Shown: positions 40,413 through 55,768, counted from the stretch's first letter. The stretch: DNA of 64,000 nucleotides from Octopus vulgaris (GCA_951406725.2 OX597830.1:36022001-36086000), one strand, 5' to 3'. Notes: generated from the letters alone by a model not told the origin. Numbers and translations: made by a program.

Positions 40413-40641
40413 GTTTGTACATCTTTGTAGATGAGTATTTTGTTTGATTTTGTTAATTTCTGTTTGTATGTGTCTGTATATGTATGTGTCTTTTTGTGCA
40501 CGCATTTCTGTGTTTATGTGTGTGTTTGTTTGTGTATGTGTCTGTCCTTGTGTGTGAGCTAGCGTTTGTGTGTGTGTGTATGTGTTTCTTTGAATATGCG
40601 TATGTGTCTCAGTGCGTATGTGTTTCTGTGTATATGTGTGC

Positions 40642-40679
<38 letters not shown>

Positions 40680-41805
40680 CTGCGCAAAGAGATGCACCTG
40701 CGTATCTTGTATCAGCTTTTAAATATGTGTTACGTGTGTGCTACGGTTGTTAATACAGTGAGTGCATAATAATTTTTAACCCGTTGTTTATGCAATTCTA
40801 CATTATGAACGATTTATAAAACCTCAATATTTCTCTTTGACATCAAGCACTTCATTTATTTATTTATCTATTTGTTTTGCATTTTGTTTCGTTTCGTTTT
40901 GCTTTGTTTTTTTTTACTTCTTCTTGAAACTTGTTCAAAAAAACTTTCCAACCACGAAATGAATCTATGAATCTGTAAGCTACGTCGAAAATTTTGATGA
41001 ATCGGTTAAAAAATGAAAATTGTAATGAGAAAAGAGTCCAAAATCAAAAACAGACACAACGGAAAATAAAGAGTAATATTCATCATTTATTTATTTATTC
41101 TGCAGTGAGTCAGTTCCGCTATTTAGTGTTCGGCTTTGTGTTTATTATTGATCTTGTTATGTTTTTTTTTTCACCTGTACACTAGGTTGCAGCATTATAG
41201 CAGACAGTAAGTATAATTAATTTATATTCTTCGGGGGCATTATAGAACGAACGCTCATATTTACAACAGTTGCATAGAGGAGGAAACGATAGCAAGTTAA
41301 AATATTGTTTAAATGTAATAAATAATCTTAATATTATTTACTTAGTTCGTTTTATTTGGAAACTTTGTAATCATTCTATTATATTGCGCTTTTGAGTGAA
41401 TTTAGTGAATCGAAATTAGTTGGGCTTTCACCATGATTTTACAAGTTCGGAGACAGGTTTTACGGTTATGAATATTGTTACAGAGGAAAGAAACAGGTGT
41501 TGGAAAAGGCATGAACTCTAGCCAATCTTAATTTTTACAAATGAGCGTGTAGGCATTTCATCTTATAACAGACCAATGTGACCAAAGTGTCTCTAAAGTG
41601 ACTGACATGGCGTTAAACACCTTCACAGTATTTTGTGTCATTCCTCGATATTTTCAGCTTAAAATTCTGTCAAATGTATCGTTCAATATCTGTGTCTATA
41701 AAATCGTCCATGCGGCTATCGATATTATGCATGTATCAATATACAAAGTATATATTTCGCTCATTATTTGGGTGTATATATGTACATATACATGTATATA
41801 CATAC

Positions 41806-41966
41806 GCGCAGGTGTGGGTGTGTGGTAAGTAGATTGCTTAACAAAGACATGGCTCCGAGTTCAGTCACACTGCGTGGCACCTTGGGTAAGTGTCTTCTAC
41901 TATAGCCTCAGGCCGACCAAAGCCTTGTGAATGGATTTGGTAGACGGAAACTGAAAGAACCCCGTC

Positions 41967-42027
<61 letters not shown>

Positions 42028-42267
42028 GTATGTATGTATATATGTGTGTCTGTGTTTGTGTTTGTCCCCCCAACATCGCTTGACAACCGATGGTGTTATG
42101 TTTACGTCTCTGTAACTTAGCGATTCGGCAAAAAAGAACGATAGAATAAGTACTAGGCTTATAAAGAATAAGTCCTGGGGTCGATTTGCTTGGCTAAATG
42201 CGGTGCTTCAAAATTACCGCATTCAAATGACTGAAACAAAAAAAAAGAATAAAACAATAAAAGAATA
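41806..42267 (+). mobile_element. SINE family D (tRNA head, CORE-like region, internal TA/TG microsatellite)
   Basis: GAGTTCAGTC B-box-like motif, GGCACCTTGGGTAAGTGTCTT, tail ..AATGACTGAAAC. Inverted homolog at 62184-62656. Confidence 0.85.
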
Positions 42268-42359
42268 CATACGTAAATATAAATTATTTTGGATGAAGGT
42301 GTGTATACAAGGGGTCAAAGGTATTTTCCGAACCATAGTCACCCAAGATACACTGAGTC

Positions 42360-42497
42360 TATGAATGGAGTGGGCTGGAACAATGTGAAATGAAGTGTTT
42401 TGCTCAGACACACAACGCACCGTCTGGACCAGAAAGCGACACCACAATCTTAAGATGATGAGATCATCACCCAAATTACTGAGCCACGTTCCTCCAC
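42360..42497 (-). mobile_element. Degraded CORE-like SINE (family C-like) head and core
   Basis: CAATGTGAAATGAAGTGTTTTGCTCA..ACAACGCA resembles 16070-16110. Confidence 0.65.
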
Positions 42498-42565
42498 AGT
42501 TATACACACACACACATGCAAACACTCACACACACACATGCACACATACACACACACATGCACAC

Positions 42566-42611
<46 letters not shown>

Positions 42612-42792
42612 CACAAACGCACACACGCATATATATATATAAGTTGATATGAAACAATTTTCCTAAATTAAAAGTTATTAATTATATGAAAAGTATCTTT
42701 AAGAATAAAGTCCTCTCTATAGAGCGACACAGACGCTATATAGAACGATATCATAGACAGACAGACAGCTAGCTAGCTAGCTAGATATATAA

Positions 42793-42875
<83 letters not shown>

Positions 42876-42910
42876 TATATTATATATATATATATATATA
42901 TACAGACATA

Positions 42911-44150
42911 CAGGGGTTGGACAAAATAATGGAAACACTTAGCATCATAACATCATAATTTTGAAATATCTATAAAACCGTCAAAAGCTTGTTTATTTTT
43001 ATGTTTTTTGGTTTATTATTAGTGTTGTTTTGTTAAAATTGCTGTTTCGTTTCAGAAATTATCAGTAAAAGGTAATAAAAATTAATTAAAATGACACATC
43101 TACCGGACTTTCGAAGAGATCAATTGCTCGTATGGCAGGCGCTAGCGTAACGAAAATAGCCGAAATGTTTGGTTATCAAGAAGTACTGTCTCGAAAGTAA
43201 TGGCAGCCTTTGAGAAAGCGGGAAAAACATCCTCATCGCAACAAAACTCTGGAAAAAAACCCACACTTTTAGGTAGGGACTGACGGACTCTTATGCGAAT
43301 TGTTAGAATGGATTACAAAAGTAAAGCTCCGAAATTTACTACAGAGCTTAATGACCACCTCGAGAACCCAGGTCCCCCAAAACTGTTAGCTGGGAGCTGC
43401 ACAAAGCCAGATTTCACCGGAGGGCTGCAATCAGAAAACCGCTACTTTCAAAATCAAACGTTGCAAAGCGTTTCGAGTGGAGTAAAAACCTACAGAATTG
43501 TTCCCTAGAGCAGTGGAAGAATGTTATTTTTTCGAACAAGTCATCCTATACATTATTTCCGACCAACGGCCGAGTATACGTGTGTTGACGGCCAAAAGAA
43601 ACATTTGACCATGACTACCTTCTTCCAACTGTTAAATATGGAAGAGGATCTGTGATGATCTGGAGTGAGGTCTATATCTTAGAAATTCGCCGGCCCAAAG
43701 GTTTCCCTTCATGGCAGAATTAATAGTCAAGACTATTTAAGCATTTTATCTGATCAAATTCATCCTATGGTTGCGCAATCTTCCAGGATGATAATGCACC
43801 AATTAACACTGATAAACGTTGTTACTGAATGGCAGGAGAAACATTCTAGTGAAGCTGAACATCTTATCTGGCCACCACAGTCCCCAGATTTCAATATTAT
43901 TAAACATGTATGGTACATTTTAGAAAAAAACAATTACGGACTCAATATCCTCCACCATCATCACTACAAGAACTGGAGACCGTTTTAGCTGAAGAATGGA
44001 CAAAAGTTCCTTTTGAAACAACTCAAACTTTGTACGAGTCCATACATCGTAGAATACAAGCTGTAATTACTGCCAAAGGCGGTCCTACCCCATATTAAAA
44101 TAAATTTGTTTGAAATTTTAAGGTGTTTCCATTATTTTGCCCAACTCCTG
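42911..44150 (+). mobile_element. Tc1-family DNA transposon, full length, decayed
   Basis: TIRs CAGGGGTTGGACAAAATAATGGAAACAC / GTGTTTCCATTATTTTGCCCAACTCCTG. TA at the left end. Confidence 0.93.
43091..44098 (+). pseudogene. Tc1 transposase pseudogene
   Basis: Frameshifted fragments: ARMAGASVTK (HTH region), FQDDNAP, WPPQSPDFNIIKHVW, LYESIHRRIQAVITAKGGPTPY*. Confidence 0.9.
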
Positions 44151-44665
44151 AATATTCATATATTCATACAGACACATGTATAAGAATTTCCTTATAGATA
44201 TTTATGTCACAATGAACATACAGGGGCATATAAACTCTACACGAATATAAGTAAGTTCAGTCACATATTGCTTTGTGCTGAAACATACCAGCAAATGTAC
44301 CTACGCACGCATTTCGTATATGCCAATACACGCACACCAGCGTGCGCTAAGTCGCTCATTTTTAGTGTAATAATCGCTAGCAGAATTAAACATTATAATG
44401 TATACACACACACACACACTTACACATATACACAATAGTAGCGATGTGCTGGCAAATGTACGCACACCCACACACAAACACACATATATACGAACACTCA
44501 TATAAGCGCATTATCATACACACAAATGCACTATCGTTCGTACATTCGAATAGAAATTCGTATGCACGTGAACACTCGTACAATCAACTAGCTATACAGG
44601 TATACACACACTAATGAATACACTTTGATATGAATGATACAGAAATTACACTGACATATATTCAA

Positions 44666-44712
<47 letters not shown>

Positions 44713-45415
44713 CACACACCCATATACACACTTATATACACACAAAAAACGCTTGCATTAATGCTCGTGCACGCTTTACGGCAACATACTACAAACACTT
44801 TACGCAGTCACCCACCGGAAACACATCTTAATCTACCAACCATCTTGAAAACCATCACCTCCTCCTCGTCCTCATCCCCACCGTCCCACAACACCCTTTC
44901 ATACTTGCACCTGCACACCCCCCTACATTAAAAGCTTGAAGCTCTAGTTTGCCTACACAACACTATATCACTTCTGCCTTCACAAAAATCAACCCTCCAC
45001 CTAGATCAGTATATTTTTTTTTATTCTCTTTGGTTTTTTGTTGTTCGTCAGTTATATGCATTTTATTTTATATCTTTTTTCTTTTTATTTGTTTTTCGGT
45101 AGCATCAATAATTTCAAGAAAACCATATAAGACAGCAAAAGACAACGATATGAGCTGCTACATGTGACGCCTTTTCTTAATAAACAGGAATTCACAGTCA
45201 AAAGAAAATGGTTTTCATATTCGTAGTTTCGTATTCACGATGATTTCGCTTCTTTGAGATTTACCGTTTGCATTAATCTTAAGTGGCTTTTTGCCTTCCA
45301 GTTAAAATATAATTTTTTTCTTCACAGTTGGTATTTTTATATTACCGAATATTTTTTTTGTTTTTGCAGCAGTGGTGGGGGTATCTCAAACATACATACA
45401 TATACCTCATGTACA

Positions 45416-45491
<76 letters not shown>

Positions 45492-45629
45492 ACATACATA
45501 TATATTCATATATATGTATATATATTTGCACATACACACACACATACACATATATATATATATATAACATTCGCATATATGTATATATGTATGTATGGAT
45601 ACATATATGTATATATGTATATATGTATG

Positions 45630-45691
<62 letters not shown>

Positions 45692-46226
45692 CGAATGTAC
45701 GTATGTATATGTGTGTGCGTGTGTGTGTGTGTATGTGTGTGTGTATTAGTCTTCTTGCGGTTGTTAAACTTTGTTGTTTTTCATATTTCATTTTCTGCTG
45801 GTCGCCATGTTCTGTATGTTTGTTTTTGTATTGCTCCACTTTACGTTTTACTACGCATTCTAAGCATTTATTTATATGCAGTTTACTTTTAGATATATTT
45901 TTAGCTTGCTGTGGGTTTTAATATTATTTTTCTGCAATTCTTATCTCCACTTATTCGTTTTAATTTTCTCAATCTCTCTCACCTTTCCATACTCTCTTTC
46001 GCTCTCACACTTTCGTTTTCATAATAACTCTCTACATCTCTTTCCCTCTCTCTCCCTCTCTCTCCCTCTCTCTCCCTTTCTCTCCCTCTCTCCTTCTCTC
46101 ACCCACTCTTTTTTTCGTTTTTTTTTTAAATATTTTTCTCAATTTGGGGAAAATGAATATGACTTTTGACTTTCAATAAACTTTCTAATACAACAATGAT
46201 ATATTACTTTCCCAATCTCCATCAAA

Positions 46227-46229
<3 letters not shown>

Positions 46230-46288
<59 letters not shown>

Positions 46289-46432
46289 TGATCTACTACT
46301 ACTACAACTATTACTATAAGCTACTACTACAACTATAATCTACTACTGCTATTACTACTATAACCTTCTACTACTACTACTACTACTACTACTACTAATC
46401 CTAGTACAACTAATACTATTACAGCTATTACT
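46230..46432. repeat. Degenerate (CTA)n array
   Basis: Direct inspection. Confidence 0.95.
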
Positions 46433-47584
46433 AATTTTTTGAGTAATACTTTTAATGCGTGCTTCCGCAACATTGCCAAATTTAGTTCTTTCCATCATGG
46501 ATGTGTTCGGGGCTTTCTTACAGTTTTATGCATTTTTATTGTATCAAAAGTATTCTACAGAATGTGTGTGTCTACGGTGCACTATTCTCTATGCTGTATA
46601 GGCGAGCAAATATTCTTAATGCCTGCATTAACCACTAAGCCACACGTGCCTCCACATACATGTATATAAGTATTTATGTATATATATGTGTATGTATGTA
46701 TTTAAGCATGTACGTATGTACGCATATATGTATGTATACATGTATGTGTGTATGCATATGTGTGTGTGTGTGTGTGTGTGTGTGTTTGTATAGGTAAATG
46801 CGTGTGAATATAAAGTAGATAAAATCGTACATTATTCAAGAAATGCAGTTTTTAGCGATTCCTTTTGCTTTTTAATTTATTCTCAACTTTCAGTACTAAC
46901 AACTTCTAGTTTCCTGAGGAAAAAAATTAGCCTCGTTATATTTATGCCTGTTGACACAACAAGAAAGGAAACGGAAAATAATTTGCACTCTCGCTCCTTC
47001 TCGTTTTCTTACTTTTCCCTATCTCATATTCTTTTTTCTTTCTCTCTATGATTATATAGAAAGAGAGAAAGGGGAGTATTGGTAGATATCTTTTGTTATA
47101 TATCTTATGTATGTTCAATAAAATATTTGACATATTAATCAGATTGATTTAATAAAAAAAAAGTGGCTCTAAACCCTTGTTGACAGTAGTGTGCAGAACT
47201 ACCAGCTATGGAAACGGACAATTATCTCATCAAATCCATTTGATTTCTAGCACTGATTTGTTTCTATTCTAGAGATGTGTTCATGTGCATACGCGCAACT
47301 CGATTTATGCACCTTTTCTGTGAATGCCAGGTTAAGGGAGCATATCACATCTTACGAAATTCTGATCAGTCATATTCAACATATATTATGAAAGAAACAT
47401 TACATAGCACATGAAAATTAATCAGCGATCGCAGGAATTGTTGCATAATTAAGCAAGATTGGTTATATTGAAGTTATGGCAAAACACTCGTAAACTGAAA
47501 TAGTAAAATGATTTCAACAACTTTCTCTCTCTGACACACACACTCTCTCTCTCTCTCTCTCTGCATATGTAGATAGATGGATAG

Positions 47585-47615
<31 letters not shown>

Positions 47616-47629
47616 CATACATACATACA

Positions 47630-47662
<33 letters not shown>

Positions 47663-47714
47663 GCATATATATATATATATATGTGACCAACATGTGACCT
47701 CGTGAGCACCGCCA

Positions 47715-47881
47715 GCAATTTTTTTTCCTCTGTCTTCCCTTCTTGGGATCTTTCCTTCTCCTTTGTTTCCGACGAAGAGCTCCGCTCGAAACGTTAGACC
47801 CTCCTTCTTCCCTTCTTTCCTGGGCGTTATTTGTTCCACGTCCTCGCGTTGCTGTGTTTTTTGGCGTTTTCTTGTTTGGAT

Positions 47882-47885
<4 letters not shown>
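47715..47885 (+). mobile_element. Penelope-like terminal-repeat remnant
   Basis: Pyrimidine-rich segment with a hammerhead motif, ending at (TA)n. Confidence 0.55.
47765..47799 (+). ncRNA. Minimal type I hammerhead ribozyme-like motif
   Basis: GTTT-CCGACGA-A-GAGC-TCC-GCTC-GAAAC-GTT-AGAC. Stem I GUUU/AGAC, stem II GAGC/GCUC, palindromic AACGTT. U4C core variant. Confidence 0.6.
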
Positions 47886-47961
<76 letters not shown>

Positions 47962-48280
47962 CTCGTTTCCAGTCTTTAAATGGAATACCGAGCCGGCTCT
48001 TCTTTTGAATATTTACTGACCGTACATGTTTAGAAATAAGAAATGAAAGATTCAGGAAAGATTTGATAAAATATGACAGGAAATAGGACTTAGTATTGCT
48101 GTAGATACAAATGATGTAACCGCTAATGTTCTTAACGCAACGTTAGGACAAGACAGTGATAGTTTCAAACTATACTACAGACCAAATAAAAAGTTAGTAT
48201 ATATACATAAATAATTGAATCACCGACCTTGTGTATTGAGTGATTTAGCTGACAATATTAGCAAACAGTTTTTCTCCGTA

Positions 48281-48495
48281 AGTCGGCGAACTGTCAGAAA
48301 CTTTAGCACGCCGGGCGAAATGCTTACCGGTATTTCGTCAGTCTTTATGTTCTGAGTTCAAATTCCACCGAGGTCGACTTTGCCTTTCATCCTTTCGGGA
48401 TCAATAAATGAATTACCAGTTGCGTACTGGAGTCAATCTAATTGACTGGATCCCCTTCCCCAAAATTTCGGGCCTTGTGCCTAGAGTAGAAAAAA
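48281..48495 (+). mobile_element. SINE family A
   Basis: Complete head, core and tail. Confidence 0.88.
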
Positions 48496-50219
48496 AGAAG
48501 GAAGAAAAAAGTAAAAACAGTTGTCTTCTTTATCTTCTAATAAAGATATTCTTGTGGCTGCATCTTATTATTATAATGAGAAAGAAATAGTAAGTTCCCT
48601 TAGATACATAAACAATACTGGGATTACGCAGAAAAAAAGAATAGGAGTAGAAACACAAACAATTTATGGTACTACCCAGTATTTAACCTAACAGTAAAAC
48701 CTAATAAAGTTAAAGAATTTCTTAATTTAAGAGGTCGCCATTTTCTACCATGAACATAAGTAGAGAAAAATATTGAATAGGAACTGTGTTAAGATTAGCC
48801 ATTCAGCTTGCATTAATTCGAGGTATTGTATCAGAAGTTATAATGCTGCGAAAGTAAATAGAGGAAGGATGCAAGCAACTAGCTAACAAATACCATGCAA
48901 CTGTAGAATTCGTGAGAAGTGTCCACAAAACGGTAACTGTCTAGCAAGCAAAGTAGATAGTATACAGTGCAAATGTTGATTCAAACGGCAGTGATCAACC
49001 TAAAACATATTGAGGTAACATAACTCAAATACAAAAATTGTTATTATAAGAATAAACATTCATCTGTCGAAGTTTATATAATTCTTGCGTTAGACAAGTC
49101 CTCATGAATTCAAAATTATCTGATCTATCGTAGATAATGCATAACCTTACAGGAACAGGAACTGCAAATATAAGATACAGCCTGACTTTCGCCTGAGCGA
49201 ATAAGTGAGAATTTTGACACAAGGTACGACTAGTTTGAACAAAATATATTAATTATCAACGCCTTGTATACCTACGGTGAAGTATCTTTTATGCAAATAC
49301 AAGCTTCTTTGAATATCGTTCTGGTTCAGAAAAAAGAACGTTGTTTTTCGAAGTGTTTAAGTAATAGGTTTTATTGATATATTTTAGTGTGTGTGTGTGA
49401 GTCGATATGTGAGTATATGTATATATAAGCATACGTGGATATGTATGCATGTATATATGTATACATGAATATATATTTCTGTGTAATATATGTGTCTCTC
49501 AGTGTACATGTCTACATGTTTGCGTCTACAAAGGCGCATACAAAAAACATTATTTAAAGATATTACTTGAAAGTATTATTTTTGAACATTCATAAATAAA
49601 CAGCAAAGCAATTTCATGTCTTTGATTGTATTGAGTTTATGACATTTATAATAATATTACCATACGAACCACAAATGAAATCAAAACCGTGAGTTGGAAG
49701 CAGCAGTTTTTGGACGTGTCACTGATAAAAGTTTTAAAACTAGAGAACGTAATGATTTTCATTTCGTATTTCAACACAATTCAAACAGTGGATATTCAAA
49801 AAGAGAACCACACACACACACACACACACTTATATATATATGTATGTATGTATATGTATATATATATGTGTGTATATATATATCTGTATATATATGAATA
49901 TACATATATGTATGTATTATGTATTTATGTATGTATGTATACGTGCAGATTTGTATGTTTTGTTTTATGCATGTATCATCATGCATATAGTTTTTCATGT
50001 CTAGACATGTTCATATATACTTCAAATGATAATCTACTGATACATTTTACAGGATTTTACAGTTCCAGTAATGGCTTGGAGCTGTAGTCTTACATACATA
50101 TGTATGTATATAAGGGTGTATGTACGCAGGCATACATGTACGTATGCATGTACTTATGTATGTATATGTACATACACATACATATGTATCAAGAAAGGAT
50201 CAAATATGTTTTCTCGAGT

Positions 50220-50448
50220 CATAGATTCATAGGGCCGGTTTTCCACATTCCGTCGCATGTATATTTCCCACCTGGATGAGAACCCGGTCCGTTGCTGGAT
50301 TACTCCTGTTTGCCAGCTGAGTGGATTCGAGCAACGTGAAAGGAAGAGTTTTCCTCAAAATCTCCATGCACCGCCCGTTCCGCGAATCGAAACACCACTC
50401 TTAAGCTCACATGTGTAACACCCTAACCAATAACATCCTCGCACCTGC
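50220..50448 (-). mobile_element. Degraded CORE-like SINE (family C-like, different tail)
   Basis: CAGCTGAGTGGATTCGAGCAACGTGAAA..GAATCGAA matches 16052-16130. Confidence 0.65.
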
Positions 50449-53187
50449 ATATATATCTATATACATATATGCGTGTGTGTATGTGATGTACATATGCATG
50501 CATTTTGTGCTTGTTCCCCAGCATATCCACAGTTTACTGACTGAAGCAAATAAATTAAAAGAGAAATGTTTGTGTATATGTCAGTATCAGTGCGTGCGAG
50601 CGTGTGTACAAACATACAACAAATACTTCCATAGATATGACACACATACGTATGTATGCGTACGTGTGTATGTGTGTGTTGCAAAATATTTAGCATTAAA
50701 AATTCATACCAAACAATTACACACATTAGATGTTTTTTACACATTTCTCATATATATTTCTATTGATCACGTTTATCTTTTTTTATACTAAACCTCATTT
50801 GTATGACATAAAATATCGAACATAAAATAAGCGCAATTTATCCATCACTGATACATAGTTGTATATCTTTCGTAGCTTTACAACCCATTTATTCTCATGG
50901 AACATTGCCTGTAGCTTTACCTTCATCTGATGTCATCATATTACATATCCACATCAAGTATGGCAGAATCCATCACACTTCAGGCCACACTCATTGATAA
51001 ATTCTTCGTTTAAAGAATATTCTCCAGTGGCTTTACAGCTCCGAATTTAGAAGGTGTGTGATATCTAACAAGTGGACCGAAGCGGTGAGAAGTTTGATAT
51101 GTGAGTTGGTCATAAATACAATTCTAGTCCGGTGACTGTATCGAAATCTTGGACGAAAGATCACTTTGAAGTACTCATAAACTGCTATATTGTATTAAAT
51201 TATTTCCACCAGCCCCGCTATTGTAAGTCGTCGATGTGGTTGTGTCGTTGGAGCGTCGGACAGAATGTTTCACGAAACTCGTTTCGACTGTGTGGGCTTT
51301 GAGTTCAAAATTCAGCGAGGTCGACGTTGCTTATTATCTTTTATGGAACGAGAAAAGAAATCCCAATCCAAGAGAGTGGGTTGGCGTAAACGTAACAACA
51401 TCGAATTAGAGTGTTTGCGATTTTTGTTCTAGGTGTTTGCGTTCAGAGTTCAAACCTTGCATGGCCTATTTCGGTAATAGACTTAAACTATCCGCCGCCT
51501 CCATTCCCGTTTAGCCCTATTACTCGGCCCCGTGGGTACCTTTAGCAAATTTTACTCTGCTGCAAGCATGCGGGACAGGTTTCTGAACTGAGGATACTTT
51601 CTTCCCTCACCATCCATTAGTCTCGAACACCTTGTAGTAATTCATGAGGTGCATCTTCCTTCCTGTCTAAAACATAAACATAATACTTGATCCCTGAATA
51701 ACGTATTCAGGGTAAGTGATGTGAAACGACTATCAACCGTGGAAAACGTATGATTCTTTAAGTTTTCTTCTACGTGATATGTAATCTACTGTTTTTTTTA
51801 GAGAGAATAGAATTTTATACACGTATTAAGGTATCATTATAGATATAAGGTAAAGAATTAATTTAATAATTAATAATTTTACCAAGTAGTTAGGTATGGA
51901 AAAAAACCATTATCGGTAAAAACTTATACAAAATATTTTTTTATAATTATAAACATAATTAAAGGATCAGCAAAAGTAACTTCACCACATACCGAAATTT
52001 AGAAATAGCAGTCAAACTACTAATTCTTCTACTACAATATATCCCCACAGACAGTAATACTCGTAACTCTCATAGGCAAAAAGAAGAAAACATGTATTAA
52101 GGTAGGTGAAAAATACAAGTTATAACATTCATGGGGGATTTTTTTGCAGGATATTATTGGCGAAAGCTAAGTGAAAAATCAAACAGAAACTGCTAAAAGA
52201 CGCTGTTCGCAGTATCAAACATCACAACGCGTATATATATCGTTATGCAAAATATGAAAGAACCGAGAAAGCGGAGCATCGAAACAAATGTAATAAATTG
52301 ACTCGAGGAAAATCCACGGTCGATTAGCCACAAAAATCTCGCCACTCAGTAATAATATCTTGCCATTTTCTTCATAATCCATTGAGTAATTCGTAGGAAA
52401 TCTAGTCTGTTCTCTTTTGGTTATGTTTTCTCTTCTAGCCCATCTTCTCATTCTGGATTACGCAAAATATTCATGCTTATCATCGTCATTCATATTTTGC
52501 CATTCTTTCTCACTCTTTCTCTATTAGCTTCAGCTTCGTCATTCCTCAAACTCTTCTTTTCCTTTCCGGGCCGAAAAAACTTCATTATTTCACCATTCCG
52601 GAGCCAATGAAATATCAATTAAAGGTAGGAGTTGATGCTTCAGTCACAGAATCGGTTGTATTGTGAGATGGTTGAAGGTGAACCTGTTGTAGTATCCATT
52701 TCTTGCAAGGAATGGAGGCGGGTTGTGCTAAAGTTCCTCATCTAGCATACTCCAAAATCCGTTCAAAGACGCATTAGAATATGACTGACATGATGATGTA
52801 ATGAAAGCAACATTTAAAAAAAGGCCAGTGTATTAGAGAGACTTATTTTATCAACCTGGAGACACTAATAGTTTAGAGCCAATGCCTAATTGACGATTTC
52901 TAAAACTGGAAAAATCATCAACGTTTAAAATCGACTGAAAATACCTAGTACTTGACTTGCACATATTTCGTCTACATTTTATATCAGTCAAAATGTACCA
53001 ATTAGATAAACTTTATGAGGTCACATCGCTTGGTAGAAATCGCAACCAAATGTCCAACAAGCTAATCACACTCTCCTGTCGTAGAAAACATGAAGGTGGC
53101 GGACATATTGGATAAAATATTCGTTGATACTATATTATGTGGAACGAAATCCAAAGTGGATAGGGTGAATACACCTTTCTATTAGCA

Positions 53188-53405
53188 TAGCTGGCAGAAA
53201 CGTTAGCACGCCGGGCGAAATGCTTTGTGGTATTTCGTCCGCCGCTGCGTTCTGAGTTCAAATTCCGCCGAGGTCGACTTTGCCTTTCATCCTTTCGGGG
53301 TCGATAAATTAAGTACCAGTTACGCACTGGTGTCGATGTAATCGACTTAATCCGTTTGTCTGTCCTTGTTTCTCCTCTATGTGGGTAGTAAAGAAATAGG
53401 TATTT
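53188..53405 (+). mobile_element. SINE family A, young copy
   Basis: Near-consensus sequence ending AAAGAAATAGGTATTT. Confidence 0.9.
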
Positions 53406-53651
53406 AGAAAAGAGACTGTATCCATCGCCTTCTCAGGCCCTCCGAGAACAGTAGATGGAATGTTTCTCTTAATCAGAAAATAGATGGACGGTTTCGAGAA
53501 ATGACATTTTTCTGGTAGTGATTAATTTAGGGCTTGTAGTCGAATCGATATATATATTGAGAGAAAGACATAGGTGTGAGTCAGATTGACAATGCTAACA
53601 TGATAGGAGATACGATAACTGAAAGGAAGAGAGGTCAATAAGATAATTGAG

Positions 53652-53695
<44 letters not shown>

Positions 53696-54704
53696 AGAGG
53701 CCAGATGTTTGCTGTGTGTTGATAAGCGACCTCGTAATATCATGACGGGTAGTCTTATTTTGTTTTGTTTTTATATGCAATTTAAGACATCAATAAGCAT
53801 AGTGACAGTACGTCCTCGATGTAGAAGCAATGATCTATTGTCTATCACACCTTTTCTTACTAGAAGTATCTTAGTAGGAGTTTCGAGTCGTGGTTGAATA
53901 TTATCTGACTTTGTCTGGAGAAGCCAGACTACGTGATTCAGCCTGCTTTTTGAGAAAATCTGTCCGCCAGGAGAGAATCCATGTGATAATAAAGACTAAC
54001 ATATCAAACAGCCTTGGAGGGTTCTAATTGCAAGCTGCACGGGTTCAGCAGTAAGTGTTCAGTTTCATATTCTTTACACTTGCAATGATCGCAAACGAAA
54101 CAAAGATTCTTACCAACTCCACTACAGAATGCTTTTATTCATGTAATCGGTGTAAGATTACTGGGAAGTGTAGGCTAAATAAGAATAATGTTTGGGGGGC
54201 TTTTCACCCTACGTCAGCAAGAAAGGAATCAATAATGTATAAACAAACCACATAAACAGGGTGGATTAAACAGTAAAAACGACCACATGACATTTTCAAT
54301 TCACACCCCGAGCCGACAGGTGAATGCCTACCAGCAACACATTCCGTTTGTCTCTCCATCAATACAGACATCCCCCATATATTATATTTAATTATTGAAA
54401 GCTATAATGTTAAGACAATAATGAAATGATACAATAAAAAAAAACGTGCACTATCTATGCATCTATATCTATATATGTCTGGGTGAATACATTAATACCG
54501 GTCCATATTTGTATATTTATGTGCAATGCATGCATATATATATATATGTATACACGTGTGCGCATGTATGAACGTATGTGCGTGTATACAAAAATACATA
54601 TATGGGTAAATACGTATATGTATATATTATATATATATACACACGCAAATACGTGTACGTGAGACGTATATATATATATATATATGCATGTATATAAATG
54701 CATA

Positions 54705-54747
<43 letters not shown>

Positions 54748-54788
54748 TACACACGCACACACACATATATATATATATATTCACATAC

Positions 54789-54837
<49 letters not shown>

Positions 54838-55689
54838 TATATATGTATATATATACATATATATATATACATACGCAGATATGTGTGTGACCGAAGCTTT
54901 GATCTGTAAAGATGTATTTAATTCAATTATAATAACTAAAACTTCTTTTGTTGTCGTGTATTGTTTTACTTTCTTATAGTTGTTTGTTTTGTTTTTTAAT
55001 ATATATATTTTTCATTTTTATTTTAATCTATCAAAGCCTGATAAGTTTTAATAATATACCATAAACTTCTTATTTTATTTCATTTGAAAACAACATTCGA
55101 AAATGAAAAGATACATTGTAATTGAATTTTCGATTTATGTATCGATTTTTTTTCCACTGGGTGCGGGTGGGGTGGGCCATTTATGTAGCTTATGTATGTA
55201 TATCTACATAAAATATATATACACATATATAGATATGTGTGTGTGTCAGTGCGTGTGTATGTGTGTGTGTGCGTGTATTCAGGTTTCCGGCTTTTGTTCG
55301 TTACATTTTTTCGTCTCATTTTGCAATATTTCGCTTTTGTTTATATATTTTAGAGTCTTTTCCAAAACATTTATCTATATATCACACTATCTATCTATTT
55401 GTCTATTTATCTATATTTCGATATATATGTGTGTGTGTGTGTGTATGTGTCCATGTATATATATCTATAGATATATACATATATGAATATATATATATAT
55501 ATATATGTCCACATATGTCCATATATGTGTATATATATATATATATATGTTTGTTTTGTCACCTTTGTATTCGTTAATTTATTTGGTTTTGATTGATACA
55601 AAGATGAGTGGAAACGTGTAAGGGGAGGAGGGTATGAAATTCTTTTTACCATCAGTGTTGTCATTATTGTCCTCACAATAATCATTGTT

Positions 55690-55726
55690 GTTATTATTTT
55701 CATTATTATTATTAATATTATTATTA

Positions 55727-55768
<42 letters not shown>

